DNA of 64,000 bases from Leucoraja ocellata (GCA_036785375.1 JAWMAR010002091.1:62001-126000); one strand, 5' to 3'; positions 1-13,080 are shown, numbered from the stretch's first letter. Notes: generated by a model from the letters alone, not told the origin. A program made the numbers and translations.

Positions 1-745
1 CATCGCAGATATTTGAAATGTGTCTGGATGTCTCAAATGTGGCAGTTTAAAGCCCCAGATTGTTTACAAAACTGTTGAAGTCAATTTTAGCATTGTTAAG
101 AACTCAAGGCCATTTGATAATGGCTTATTTGGATGACATTTTAATTGTGGGAGATACTGAAGCCATGACAGCAGCTTCTGTTTTAAAAAGTAAACCTCAC
201 ATTTCAAAGAATGGGATTTGTCATTCATTCAGAGATATCCAGATTGACACCAAACAAAATAATTGATTACTTGGGGTTCACTATTGATTCAGAACACAAG
301 ACAGTGAGCTTACCCAAGGACAAAAAGTTGCAAGTGATTAAGGGTTGTAAGGAGTTAATTGCAGGCAAACAACCATCAATCAGTCAAGTAGCAAATCTAA
401 TTCGCAAGTTAATTGCTTCATTTCCAGCTGTTCAGTTTGGACCACTGCATTATCAGACAGCTGCAGTGCGCAAAGATATCAGTATTGGGAAGACATGCTG
501 GACGTTACGATAGGCCTATACAACTAACTAACACAGCTATTGAGGATATAAAATGGTGGATTAAAAATGTGGATTACTCTTACAGGAAAATTCAGAATGA
601 ATCACACCCTACCATTTTATAAACAGATGCAAGTGCACTGGAATGGGGAGCTGCGGATGCCATCTCAAGCTGTGGAGGTAGATGGAATGCAGAGGAAGAA
701 CCTTTGCTCGAGACACATGGCATAAATTATCTTTAATTACTAAGT
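1..745 (+). mobile_element. DIRS retrotransposon RT/RNase H fragment (frameshifted)
   Basis: FTKLLKSILALLR..AYLDDILI, YLGFTID and TDASALEWGA motifs. Confidence 0.8.
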
Positions 746-1137
746 GTATTGGTTCACGAAGCCCGTCGATTTAAAAGTACTGATGTTCGAGGTGCACAAT
801 TTGCGGGTGAATTTGTTGATGTGAATCGGTGTACTGGTTCACGATGCCCGTCGATTTGCTACGGGTCCAGTCATTGCTACACTGGATAGAATGATCATAT
901 CTGTGGGCTATAATAACATGTTTTGTTATGATTAGTCAAGCAGAGTAGACAGGGACACAGACCAAACTAGATGTTGCATATCCCATGGACCTTGAGTTGC
1001 GTGTGATCATGCATCTACACCAGTATGTCAAGGTCCCTAAGAGCATCATAGACTCTGACTAACAATATTGTTAGTTACATTAAACCTCGTTAGAAGGAAT
1101 CACTACGAACGTTCAGCAGTACGCCAATCCTCGGGGA

Positions 1138-3195
1138 CTATTCCCGTAGCTCCAGATGGACTATTCCCGTACGGTTTGGGTCATGCTGCATGGGTGGCAG
1201 TGAGCCAGCAAATTCTATTTGGAACCCATCTATACTGTGCAGTCTGAACAAGTCAGATGTTACCCACCACCACTCATGCAAAAAGAAACGTAACCTCCCA
1301 CCAACATGCGTTAGACCCACAACCCAAATGTTACATAGTGAACCAGACCCACCTACCTCCGTGTTAGTTGGATTCTGGATCGTTATTTCCTTCCCCGATG
1401 TTTGGGGATTTGAGGTGCTGGTATGCGCCAGCTGCGCATCTTGGCTGTCGGCCGGTTCGGGCCATGTCCTAATAAAGACTTCCTGCCGGTTCTTTCAGTC
1501 CTCGAGCTGAAGGTGGTTCCCACAGACAGTCTAGTGCTGGTCGAGGCATACGGGTGCTGGCGTTGAAACGATGACTGTCTGTTTGCTGGTGGAGTCCAAA
1601 GTAGCCCCACAGCCTTCGACTCGTCGTCCTGATCCTTCACCTGCCTGGATAGGTCTTCTCTAAACAGTAAATAGGGCGGCTGCACATTACTGGACTTGTA
1701 CAACCCTGCAAACTTGGGGTTGAGAACAGGACGAATGGCATTCTTGTGAAAGCAATTCATTTCAAATTGTGCATTACACAACAATGCCATTGCGTCCCGT
1801 TGAGCCTCAGATAATGCACAGCTGTCCACCGACCTGGCCACAGCTGTCCACCGACCTGGCCACAGCTGTCCACCGACCTGGCCACAGCTGTCCACCGACC
1901 TGGCCACAGCTGTCCACCGACCTGGCCACTGCTGTCCACCGACCTGGCCACTGCTGTCCACCGACCTGGCCACAGCTCTCCACCGACCTGGCCACTGCTG
2001 TCCACCGACCTGGCCACTGCTGTCCACCGACCTGGCCACAGCTGTCCACCGACCTGGCCACTGCTGTCCACCGACCTGGCCACTGCTGTCCACCGACCTG
2101 GCCACTGCTGTCAACCGACCTGGCCACAGCTGTCCACCGACCTGGCCACTGCTGTCCACCGACCTGGCCACTGCTGTCCACCGACCTGGCCACTGCTGTC
2201 CACCGACCTGGCCACTGCTGTCCACCGACCTGGCCACTGCTGTCCACCGACCTGGCCACTGCTGTCCACCCCGATGCCAGCAGGTTCAGGATTCTCTGTA
2301 ATTTGACCTCTTGGGCCAATGTAGCTCCAGATGGAACTGTTCACCGCCGGTACCTTGAGGGAGGCGCAGTTGCTGGGCGCATGGTACCTCATGGCTGTCT
2401 CCATCATCACCTGCTGTTGAAGCTGGTGGCAAGCAAGGTAATTAATGCTGGCCGCCAGCTCTTCATCCAGCGGCTCCCCAACCAGCGACGACATTGCAAA
2501 CTTGGAGACAATGGTTGGCACATGCACATCTCGCGGGTCCCTTATCGAACATTCTCCCCGCATCTCAGTGCAATGCGAGTGAGCCCAGGACTGGTGGTCT
2601 ACACTCCCATCCTTGGATGGGGAGACATAATGCAGCCCTGCACCAGGCGCTGCTGTGGGCCCCCGAGACCCGCTGTGATATGTCTCCCGACCGAGGAGCA
2701 TATCATGTTGGAGTATCTTCTCCATAAGATGCTCCACTCGGGAAAGGCGTCCGTCAACACTCCCCGTAGGAGGAGGCGAACCCTCCCGGCCGGACTCATC
2801 CGAGTCAACCGGCCTGTTGGACTTGTCCTTCCCGACCCACAGGGTAGCCACATTGCTCTCCATGGGCACCGAGCCCAAAGTCGCTGGCTGCGCTGTCAGC
2901 GACTGCGATGGTGAAACGGAATGCCGCCCGCTGACCGCACTCCCGCGGTCTTCCGAAGCGGTTCTCCTTGCGAGACTTCACCCTCGCCTTATCCATGATG
3001 TTCTTGCTGTAACAAGACAGAAGACAAAACGACCGCAGACTAAGTTCAAGAACTTACCTGGAACTCTTTTGAAACTTACCGCTGGTGAAGCGACGCGCTT
3101 GCCAGCCAGTCAGAGCGCCATGCGTTAGACAGAATGACGTGCATGCGGGCTGACGGGGTCTTCATGTATTCATTCACGTGACCCCGAAGTAAAAT
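1138..3195 (-). mobile_element. DIRS retrotransposon 5' portion (left terminus, gag-like ORF1, start of RT)
   Basis: Terminus ATTTTACTTCGGGGTCACGTGA is nearly the same as that of the DIRS at 58969; VGGRLRFFLHEW RT-leader motif; gag similar to about 59900-60180. Confidence 0.8.
1817..2270. repeat. 22-bp minisatellite (CACWGCTGTCCACCGACCTGGC) x about 20.6 inside DIRS gag
   Basis: Head-to-tail near-identical units with no spacers. Confidence 0.95.
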
Positions 3196-5595
3196 GGGGA
3201 TAAATATGAGGTTATCCACTTTGGTAGCAAAAACAGGAAGGCAGATTATTATCTAGATGTTATCAAGTTGGGAAAAGGGGAAGTACAACGGGATCCGGGG
3301 ATCCTTGTTCATCAGCCAATTAAAGTAAGCATGCAGGTACAGCAGGCAGTGAAGAAAGCGAATGGCATGTTAGCCTTCATAACAAGAGGAGTTGAGTATA
3401 GGAGCCAAGAGGTCCTTCTGCATTGTACAGAGCCCTAGTGAGATCACACCTGGAGTATTGTGTGCAGTTTTGGTCCCCTAATTTGAGGAAGAACATTCTT
3501 GCTATTGAGGGAGTGCAACATAGGTTTACAAGGTTAATTCCCGGGATGGCACTGTGATATACTGAGAGAATGGAGCAGCTGGGCTTGTACACTCTGGAAT
3601 TTAGAAGGATGAGAGGGGATCTTATTGAAACCCTGAATAATCTTATCAGATTATTACAGGTTTGGACACGTGAGAGGCAGGAAACATGTTCCCGATGTTG
3701 GGGGAGTCCAGAACCAGGGGCCACAGTTTAAGAATAAGGGGTAAGCCATTTAGAACGGAGATGAGGAAACACTTTTTCACACAGAGAGTTGTGAGTCTGT
3801 GGAATTCTTTGCATCAGTGGGCAATGGAGGCCGATTATCTGGATGTTTTTAAGAGAGAGCTTGATAGGGCTCTTAAAGATAGTGGTTGGGTGATATGGGG
3901 AGAAGGCAGGAACTGATTGGGGATGATCAGCCATGATCACGTTGAACAGCGGTGCTGGCTTGAGGGCCGAATGGCCTGCTCCTGCACCTAATGTCTATTG
4001 TGTCCATTTATTCCACAGATGATGCCTGACCCACCAATTACCCCAGCACTGTTGTTCCTGATATAGTGGTGGTCAGAGGATCTGGGGTGACGGAGGAACT
4101 CAAGAAAATCCACATTAGGCAGGAAATGGTGTTGGATAGACTGATGGGACTGAAGGGTGATAAATCCCCAGGGCCTGATGGTCTGCATCCCAGGGTACTT
4201 AAGGAAGTGGCTCTAGAAATCGTGGATGCATTGGTGGTCATTTTCCAATGTTCTATAGACTCAGGATCAGTTCTTGTGGATTGGAGGGTAGCTAATGTTA
4301 TCCCACTTTTTAAGAAAGGCGGGAGAGAGAAAACGGGGAATTACAGACCAGTCAGCCTGACATCGGTGGTGGGGAAGATGCTGGAGTCAATTATAGAAGA
4401 TTGGATAGCAGAAACAGGCTCGGTCCTAGTCAGCATGTGGGGAAATCATGCTTGACTAATCTTCTGGACATTTTTGAAGATGTAACTAGGAAAATGGACA
4501 AGGGAGAGCCAGTGGATGTAGGGTACCTGGACTTTCAGAAAGCATTTGATAAGGTCCAACATAGGAGATTAGTGGGCAAAATTAGGGCACATACTATTGG
4601 GGGTAGAGTGCTGACATGGATAGAGAAGTGATTGGCAGACAGGAAACAAAGAGTAGGGATTAACAGGTCCCTTTCAGAATGGCAGGCAGTGACTAGTGGG
4701 ATACCGCAAGGCTCGATGATGGGACCGCAGCTATTTACAATATACATCAATGATTTGGATGAAGAGATTCAAAGTAACATTAGCAAATTTGCAGATGACA
4801 CAAAGCTGGGTGGCAGTGTGAACTGTGAGGAGGATGCTATGAGAATGCAGGGTGACTTGGACAGGTTGGGGGAGTGGGCAGATGCATGGCAGATGAAGTT
4901 TGATACGGATAAATGTGAGGTTATCTACTTTGGTAGCAAAAACAGGAAGTCAAACTATCTAAATGGCGTCAAGTTGGGAAAAGGGGAAGTACAATGAGTA
5001 AAGAGGTCCTTCTGCGGTTGTACAGAGCCCCAGTGAGACCACACCTGGAGTATTGTGTGCAGTGTTGGTCCCCTAATTTGAGGAGGGACTTTCTTGCTAT
5101 TGAGGGAGTGCAGCGTAGGTTTACAAGGTTAATTCCCAGGATGGCGGGGCTGTCATATACTGAGAGAATTGAGCAGCTGGGCTTGTACACTCTGGAGTTT
5201 AGAAGGATGAGAGGGTATCTCATTGAAACATGCAAGATTGTTAAGGGTTTGGACAAGCTTGAGGCAGGAAACATGTTCCCGATGTTGGGGGAGTCCACAA
5301 CCAGGGCACACAATTTAAGAATAAGTAGTAAGCCATTTAGAACGGAGACGAGGAAACACTTTTTCTCACAGAGAGTTGTGAGTCTGTGGAATTCTCTGCC
5401 TCAGAGAGCGGTGGAGGCAGGTTCTCTAGAAGCTTTCAAGAGAGAGCAGGATAGGGCTCTTAAAAATCAGGTTATATGGGGAGAAGGCAGGAACAGGGTA
5501 CTGATTGGGGATGATCAGCCATGATCACATTGAATGGCGGTGCTGGCTCGACGGACTGAACGGCCGATTCCTGCACCTATTGTTTATTGTTTTTG
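3196..5595 (+). mobile_element. Two tandem 5'-truncated CR1/HER1-type LINE fragments (about 3196-4005 and 4040-5595)
   Basis: KSPGPDG, NYRPVSLTS, LDFQKAFDKV, FADDTK and RPHLEYCVQ motifs; characteristic 3' tails; stops and deletions. Confidence 0.88.
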
Positions 5596-5696
5596 TACAA
5601 GATTCCAGAACCCTGAATTGAAAGAATCTCAAATGAAATATGTTAGGAAATACCTCATGCCAATTAGGAAATACCAATTAAACTATAAATCTGGAT

Positions 5697-5850
5697 ATCT
5701 TTGGAGTATGGGAGGACCCCAGAACATATGTGGAAAACACACTTGGTCACAGGAAGAGTATTCAAACTCTGTACGGATAACACATGGTGTCAGTTTCAAA
5801 CCCAGGTATCTGGTGCTGTGAGGCAGCAACTCTACCACTGTGCTGCCCAA
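5697..5850 (-). mobile_element. tRNA-derived V-SINE (HE1-like) fragment
   Basis: Head GGCAGCACAGTGGTAGAGTTGCTGCCTCACAGC...GGGTTTGAAAC and V-domain-like core; related copies at about 39950 and 53940. Confidence 0.7.
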
Positions 5851-6024
5851 TCTTTCCACAAACACTGAAACCCAAGAGAGGGTTATAAAACAGCGGCCTT
5901 ACCTTAACGTCATCTCCATAAAGACTAGATCCTGAGACAATAGACAATAGGTGCAGGAGTAGGCCATTCGGCCCTTCGAGCCAGCACCGCCATTCACTGT
6001 GATCATGGCTAATCATCCACAACG

Positions 6025-6380
6025 GCAAACTTTGACCGCCCGAATCGAGGGGTATAAATCGACCCGGAGCGGGGCCTTACATCACCTGGCGCGGCTTAAA
6101 CAGCCGCAGGACTTACCATTACCCACCGGGGCCTCTAACATCAAGAGCCTCGATCAGCTCGATGCAGCAGTTTGACTGCTTGACTGTGGGCAAGAGATAA
6201 GACTTTTGCCTTCCATCACAGTGAGGAGGTATTTGGAGATTCACTGTGATGGATGTTTGTGTGGAATTGTGTTAATTGTGTGTTTTGGTTTTTTTGTTGT
6301 TATGACTGCAGGAAAGTAATTTTGTTTGAACCTATGTTTCAATGACAATAAACAGCATTCTGATTCTCTGATGCTGATTC
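6025..6380 (+). repeat. Non-coding interspersed repeat with a 3' stem-loop and simple-repeat tail (related copies about 7900-8130 +, about 53110-53780 -)
   Basis: Shared TTGCCTTCCA.CACAGTGA...CTGTG.TGGATG hairpin. Confidence 0.55.
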
Positions 6381-9053
6381 AGACTGATGTATTTGGGAGA
6401 AAGCTGGAAAGAGACGAGAGCAGGGCAGAGCCTGGTGAGTGATTCTGGATACAGTTGGGGGCTGATTAGCAGATTGTGGAGTACTGACAAAGGCTAGAGG
6501 TGAAGAGGAGACGAGTGTCAGACAAGGGGAAGAGAGGTGTCACGCAAAGCCAGGGGGAAGGATCGGGGAAAGAGGGGAATGTGGGACAGGGATGAGTATA
6601 CAGAGGAGGGGAAGGGGTAGGGAGACCGTTGAGTGAGGTGCACACCAGGGTGGGGAGTGCAGGGAAAGAGGGGGTTTCCCTTAATCAATACGCTCATTCC
6701 CATCTCCAAATCTCATTTCCTTTTATCCCCTCCCGTCCCCTTACACCTGAAAACCTCCTTCCATTCAAAACCAACGCTAGGGTCGGGTGAACGGGCGTAG
6801 GGAAGGGTAGTGGGATAAATTCCGCTTTTTTCACTTTTTCGTTGGTTCAGAGGTTTTTCCTTTCTATCTTTCGTGTCTTTTACAAAATTCTTTCAATTTT
6901 ACAATTTTACAATTTTCTTTTTATTTTATTTTCTTTTCATTTTTCTTTTTTCCGATTTAGTTTTTAGTTCATAAAATGTTAAAATTGAAGCTTACGAACA
7001 TTGTATAATTGTTATGTCGATGACTTTCTCCTTGTACAATTGCTTCTAATAAAATAAATATTAAAATAAAAAGCAGAGATTCCAGTCTTTGGAGGTCCTT
7101 CGTGGAAATGAACACAATTTGGTCACACCTTCAGAAAAGAGCAGAGGGGAGAGGAGATGTATTCTGGCAACACTTACACAAACATACTAAACCAAATAGA
7201 TTTAGACCTCTTCCAAAAAAAAAGCAGTATGGTGAATGGAATGCAGGATTACTTAATTTGTATTGACACTTAAAACAAGTGTCATGAGCACTAAACTACT
7301 TTCACTGCAACAGGAACCAACTAGGATTACTTTAGGGAATATAAAGAAGTCTACAAGGAATGCTGGATGTACTCAGTTGGTCAGGCACCATCTGCCTGAC
7401 AGATGTTTCAGGTTGGGATCCTTCAGACTGAGAGAGTAGTGGAGAAATCTGGAAAGATGTGGGAGCCGGACATAAGCTGGCAAGTGATGTGGATAGACAC
7501 AAATGCTGGAGTAATTCAGTGAGACGGGCAGCATCTTGGGAGAGAAGGAATGGGTGATGTTTCAGGTAGAGGCTGTCCTTCAGACAATAAATACAAGCAA
7601 TTGGCACTTGGTGGAGCAATGACAAAGGCGAGAGGTGAAGAGGTGACAAAAGGTTTAGATGAGGAGAGAGAGATGTGAAGCTGGAGGGCGGGATATGGGT
7701 CGAAGGGTAAAGAGGCAAAGATGAATGTCAGGGATGGGAGATGAGTGTGGAAAGAGGGGAAGGTGCAGGATGAATAGGTGATGCGGGGAAAGGGAGAGTC
7801 CTCAGTACATTCATCCCTTTTCCCCATCCTATCCCATTGCACTCATATTCCTTCTACCAGGTTTACAGTTCACACCTTGCTTTCTCCTTCTGAGATGTTC
7901 ATAAATCATAGCGGCGACGACAGAGGGTTCATGGCCCCGACCACGGATGAACAAAGGAGGAGGACTGACTGAACCTTGTTGCCTTCCAGCACAGTGAAGA
8001 ATGCTGTGCTGGATGTTTTGTGTTAAATTCTATTGTGTATTGTGTGTTCTTTTTAAGTGTATCGCTGCTGGCAAATTTATTTCACTGCACCTTTGGGTGC
8101 ATGTAACGAATACAATTGACTTTGACTTTTACACCTTTAGCCTTTGTCACTTACTGATTCAATTATTTTTTGTCACATGTACCGTGTGAAACAATGAAAT
8201 GCTTTGTTTTGCATAAAACCTGGTAAAATCACGTGGCTGACCTCACCTGGGCAGTACTTGATGTTTTGGTGTTCCACCCATCTGGCAATTTCCTCTCCCC
8301 CCCCCCCCCCCCCCCCCACCTGCATCCAGCCATCACTTGCTAGACTATTGCCCCACCTCACTTTCCCAGCTTTCTCCCTTTACTCCATCAAGCTGAAGGC
8401 TTCTGACCTGATACTTCATTGGTCCATTCCTTCCAGATGTTGCCTGACCCACTGGTTTACTCCAGCAGACTTTTTTCTCCCTCAAGATTCCAGCACCGTG
8501 AATTCTAGTATTTTAAACCAAGAATAATCAGGAAAATACTTTCTCCTCCAAACATTTATTGGTCTGAAACCAGAGATGGTTCTAAACAAGGTCCTTACCT
8601 GCATCCCATCTCCATACAGTTCAGGTCCTGACAGATTGACAAAGTCAGACAATTCAAATTAATACACCACTAATGATTCAAAATCTCCCACCATCTTCAT
8701 CACACCCTTAATCTCACAGAAATTCTTTTAACGACAAGGATTCGAAGGGCCTGAGCTCAGGGCAAGGTTGGACAGGCAAAGAGGAGGCAGAAACGGTGCA
8801 AGAGAGAGGGTATCCGTGCTAGGCTGAGAGATAATGCTAGCTGGCCGGCCAGCTCTCCCATCTATCCTACTCTCCAACGTCCGCTTCCTGGAAAACAAAC
8901 TGGACAACATCCAACTACAGAGGAGTACACAACGAGAGGCTAGGGACTGCTGTGTCTGTGTTTTTACTGAGACATGGCTCAACGATCGAGTCCCGGACGT
9001 GGCCATTCAGCTAGCCGGGCTAGTCTCACACCGAGCCGACAGAGAACCATCAC

Positions 9054-10188
9054 AGGTACACAAAAATGCTGGAGAAACTCAGCGGGTGCAGCAGCATCTA
9101 TGGAGCGAAGGAAATAGGCAACGTTTCAGGCTGAAACCCTTCTTCAGACTGATGGGGGGTGGGGGGGAGAAGGAAGGAAAAAGGGAGGAGGAGGAGCCCG
9201 AGGGCGGGGGGATGGGAGGAGACAGCTAGAGGGTTAAGGAAGGGGAGGAGACAGCAAGGGCTAGCAAAACTGGGAGAATTCAACGTTCATGCCATCCGGA
9301 TGTCAGGTCTCGGGTTTGATCTAGTTTCTGTTTCTTATTGTTTTTTAGTATTAGAGTGTGCATTCTTGTTTTATTTTGGTGTCTCGCATCTCCTCTTGTT
9401 TCAGGTCCCATTTCCTATCAGGTCGTTTACCCTCATGTGATTATTGGCCCCGCCCTGATGTGTTTCACCTGTGTCTCGTTATCCCCTGCTAGTCTGTATT
9501 TAAGCCCTTTGTGTTTTAGTGCTCATTGCCAGTTCGTCGTGTATGATACTTGGTATCACCTCATTCCAGCTCTAGAAATCTTGTGACCTCGACCATTGCC
9601 TGTTTTTCGACCTCTGTTTTTTGCCTGCTCCTAGATTGTACTGTTGCCTCTGTTTTGCTTACCTGTGTACCGACTTGGACCGATTAAACTCTGAAGACTG
9701 ATCTGCCCTGTGTCTGAGCCTGCATTTGTATCCTCCTCCTTGTTCAGTTCTGATACCGGACGCAAGCAACCCAGGCGGAATATGAGGTGCTGTTCCTCCA
9801 ATTTCCGGTGTTGCTCACTCTGGCAATGGAGGAGACCCAGGACAGAGAGGTCGGATTGGGAATGGGAGGGGGAGTTGAAGTGCTGAGCCACCAGGAGGTC
9901 AGGTTGGTTTTTGTGGACTGAGCGGAGGTGTTCGGCGAAACGATCGCCCAACCTCCGCTTAGTCTCCCCGATGTAAATCAGCTGACACCTAGAGCAGCGG
10001 ATGCAGTAGATGAGGTTGGAGGAGATGCAGGTGAACCTTTGTCGCACCTGGAACGATTGCTTGGGTCCTTGAATGGAGTCGAGGGGGGAGGTGAAGGGAC
10101 AGGTGTTGCATTTCTTGCGGTTGCAACGGAAAGTGCCCGGGGAGGGGGTGGTACGGGAGAGAAGGGAAGCATTGACAAGGGAGTTGCG
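9054..10188 (-). mobile_element. Penelope-like element 3' part (GIY-YIG endonuclease plus terminal repeat) nested in Rex1
   Basis: FTCISSNLIYCIRCSRCQLIYIGETKRRLGDRFAEH (9631-10047). Confidence 0.85.
9301..9755 (+). mobile_element. Solo LTR (Gypsy/BEL-like)
   Basis: TGTCAG...CTGATA termini; 5-bp TSD CCGGA (9296-9300 and 9756-9760); internal ATTAAA. Confidence 0.75.
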
Positions 10189-11235
10189 CGGTAAGACTCG
10201 AGGTGGTGGCCTGTGTGTTTACATCAACACTGACTGGTGCAACAACTCTGTCTTAGTCTCCAAGTTCTGTTCATTGCTGGTGGAGAATGCGATTGTGAGA
10301 TGTAGACCTTTTTATTTGCCACGGGAGTTTACCACAGTGCTCATTGTTGCTGTTCACATCCCCCCCCAGTGCTAATGCTAAGGAAACACTAGCTGTACTG
10401 TACTGTATGGAGCTTTATGCAATCTACAAAACACACACCCAGAAGGACTGTTTATTGCCGCAGGAGATTGTAACCGTGCAAATCGCAAAACTGTGCTTCC
10501 TAAATGTTACCAACATGTGGACTTTGCAACGAGAGGGGAGAAGGTGCTAGATCTTGTTTACACCAATATGCCCAGCACGTACAGGGTGGAGTCACGCCCC
10601 CATCTCGGATACTCAGACCACATCTCTGTCATGCTGATCCCAGCATACAGACTGCTTGTCAGATGCTCCAGGCCAGCTAAGAAACAGGTGAAGACCTGGC
10701 CAGCAGGAGCCATCTCTGCTCTCCAGGACTGCATTGACTGGCACATGTTTAGGGAGGCAGCAACCACCGGCGGCACCACTGGCTTGGAGGAGTACACGGC
10801 ATCAGTGACTGGTTACATCAGTAAGTACATTGATGACATTACTGTCACTGAGCTCATCACCACACGTCCCCAACAGTAAACCATGGATGACTGCAGAGGT
10901 ACGTGCGCTGCTGAGAGCCCGAGACACGGCCTTCAGAGCAGGCGATAAGGAGTCCCTGAGAACAGCGAGGGCCAAACTGTCCCGGGCCATCAGGGAAGCA
11001 AAGCGAGCTCATGCAAGGAAAATCCACGGCCACTTCAGTGACAGCAGGGACACACTGAAGCCGTGGCAAGGCATCCAAGCCATCACCAACTTCAGGACAT
11101 CAACACCAGCCTGTGACAGCGATGTATCTCTGCCTGATGCGCTGAACATGTTCTACACCCGGTTTGAAGCACAGAACGACGTGGTGGCGAGGAAGACCAC
11201 CCCCCCCCCCCTCCCCCCCTTGCGACCAGGTGGCT

Positions 11236-13080
11236 ATAGAAACATAGAAACATAGAGACATAGAAACATAGACACATAGAGACATAGAGACATAGAGACA
11301 TAGACACATAGACACATAGAGACACATAGACACATAGACACATAGAGACACAGAAGCATAGACACATAGACACATAGACACATTGACACATAGAGACATA
11401 GAGACATAGAGACATAGAAACATAGAGACATAGAGACACATAGACACATAGAGACACAGAGACACAGACACATAGAGACATAGACACATAGAGACATAGA
11501 GACATAGACACATAGACACATAGAGACATAGACACATAGACACATTGAGACATAGACACATAGACACATTGAGACATAGACACATAGACACATAGACACA
11601 TTGAGACATAGACACATAGACACATAGAGACATAGACACATAGACACATAGACACATTGAGACATAGACACATAGACACATTGAGACATAGACACATAGA
11701 GACATAGACACATTGAGACATAGACACATAGACACATAGACACATTGAGACATAGAGACATAGACACATGGAGACATAGACACATGGACACATAGACACA
11801 TAGACACATTGAGACATAGACACATAGACACATAGAGATATAGACATAGAGACATAGAAACAAAGAGACATAGAGACATAGACACATAGAAACATAGACA
11901 CATAGAGACATAGAGACATAGACACATAGAGACATATAGACACATAGAGACATAGACACATAGACACATAGACACATTGAGACATAGACACATAGACACA
12001 TAGAGATATAGACATAGAGACATAGAAACAAAGAGACATAGAGACATGGAGACATAGACACATAGACACATAGACACATAGACACATAGAGACATAGATA
12101 CATAGACACATAGAGACACATAGACACATAGACACATAGAGACATAGACACATAGAAACATAGACCAGGCAGACCAGAGGAGGCAGTCATATAAACGGGA
12201 CTGAGGTGGAGCGCGTCTCCAGCTATAAATTCCTCGGAGTACATATCTCAGAGGATTTGTCCTGGTCCCTCAACACCTCCAAACTGATCAAAAAGGCACA
12301 GCAGCGCCTTTACTTCCTGAGGAGGCTCAAGAAAGCCCACCTGTCCCCCCAGATCCTGACCAACTTTTACCGCTGTACCATCGAAAGCATCCTGACCACC
12401 TGCTTCACGGTATGGTACAGCAGTTGCACCGTAGCGGACAGGAAGGCACTACAACGGGTGGTGAAAACCGCGCAGTACATCATCGGTGCCCCGCTCCCTG
12501 CCATGGATGCCCTCCACTGAAAACGGTGTCTGAGACGGGCTGGGAAGATCATCAAAGACCCCTCACACCCCAACCATGGACTGTTTGCCCTCCTCCCATT
12601 AGAGAGGCGGTACAGGAGCCTCAGGTCACGTACTAGTAGGATGAGGAAAAGCTTCTATAACAACACAATCACACTGCTGAACTCGGAGTCCCGACGATAG
12701 ATTTCTCTGGTCCCTCCGTCCACATTGTTTAATTATTCTGTATCTTCCCTCTTTCTATTTTTTTATTTTTTTTTGTTTTCTTTATGTACTACTACTGCGG
12801 ACTGACGCAAAACTGCATTTTGTTGTACTGATACTTGTATTTGTGCGATGACATTAAAGTTGAATTGAATTGAAATTGAATTGTAGACACATAGAGACAT
12901 AGAAACATAGACACATAGAAACATAGAGACATAGAGACATAGACACATAGAGACATAGACACATAGAGATATAGACATAGAGACATAGAGATATAGAGAC
13001 ACAGAGACATAGAAACATAGACACATAGACACATAGAGATATAGACACAGAGACACACAGAGACACACAGAGACACAGAA
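11236..13080. repeat. 8-bp-unit satellite (CATAGAVA)n, an expanded CR1 3' tail, interrupted by a Rex1 fragment
   Basis: Contiguous with the minus-strand CR1 3' end at 13081; the unit equals the reverse complement of the CR1 (TTTCTATG)n tail. Confidence 0.9.
12166..12883 (+). mobile_element. 5'-truncated Rex1/Babar LINE inserted into the satellite
   Basis: ERVSSYKFLGVHISEDLSW..KAQQRLYFLRRL; (TTGAA)n tail; TAGAC TSD; near-identical to 14860-15560. Confidence 0.85.

Larger units (their letters stand above)
8730..11235 (+). mobile_element. Rex1/Babar-like LINE, endonuclease half, disrupted
   Basis: [36 protein letters not shown] and SDHISV APE-endonuclease motifs. Confidence 0.8.

Noticed and set aside
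1817-2270. CRISPR-like array or repeat-protein ORFs
   Set aside because: No spacers, and vertebrate DNA; the ORFs arise from a stop-free minisatellite
6217-6248. CACAGTG/CACTGTG as orphan RSSs or RAG-transposon TIRs
   Set aside because: No nonamers; part of a repeat-family hairpin
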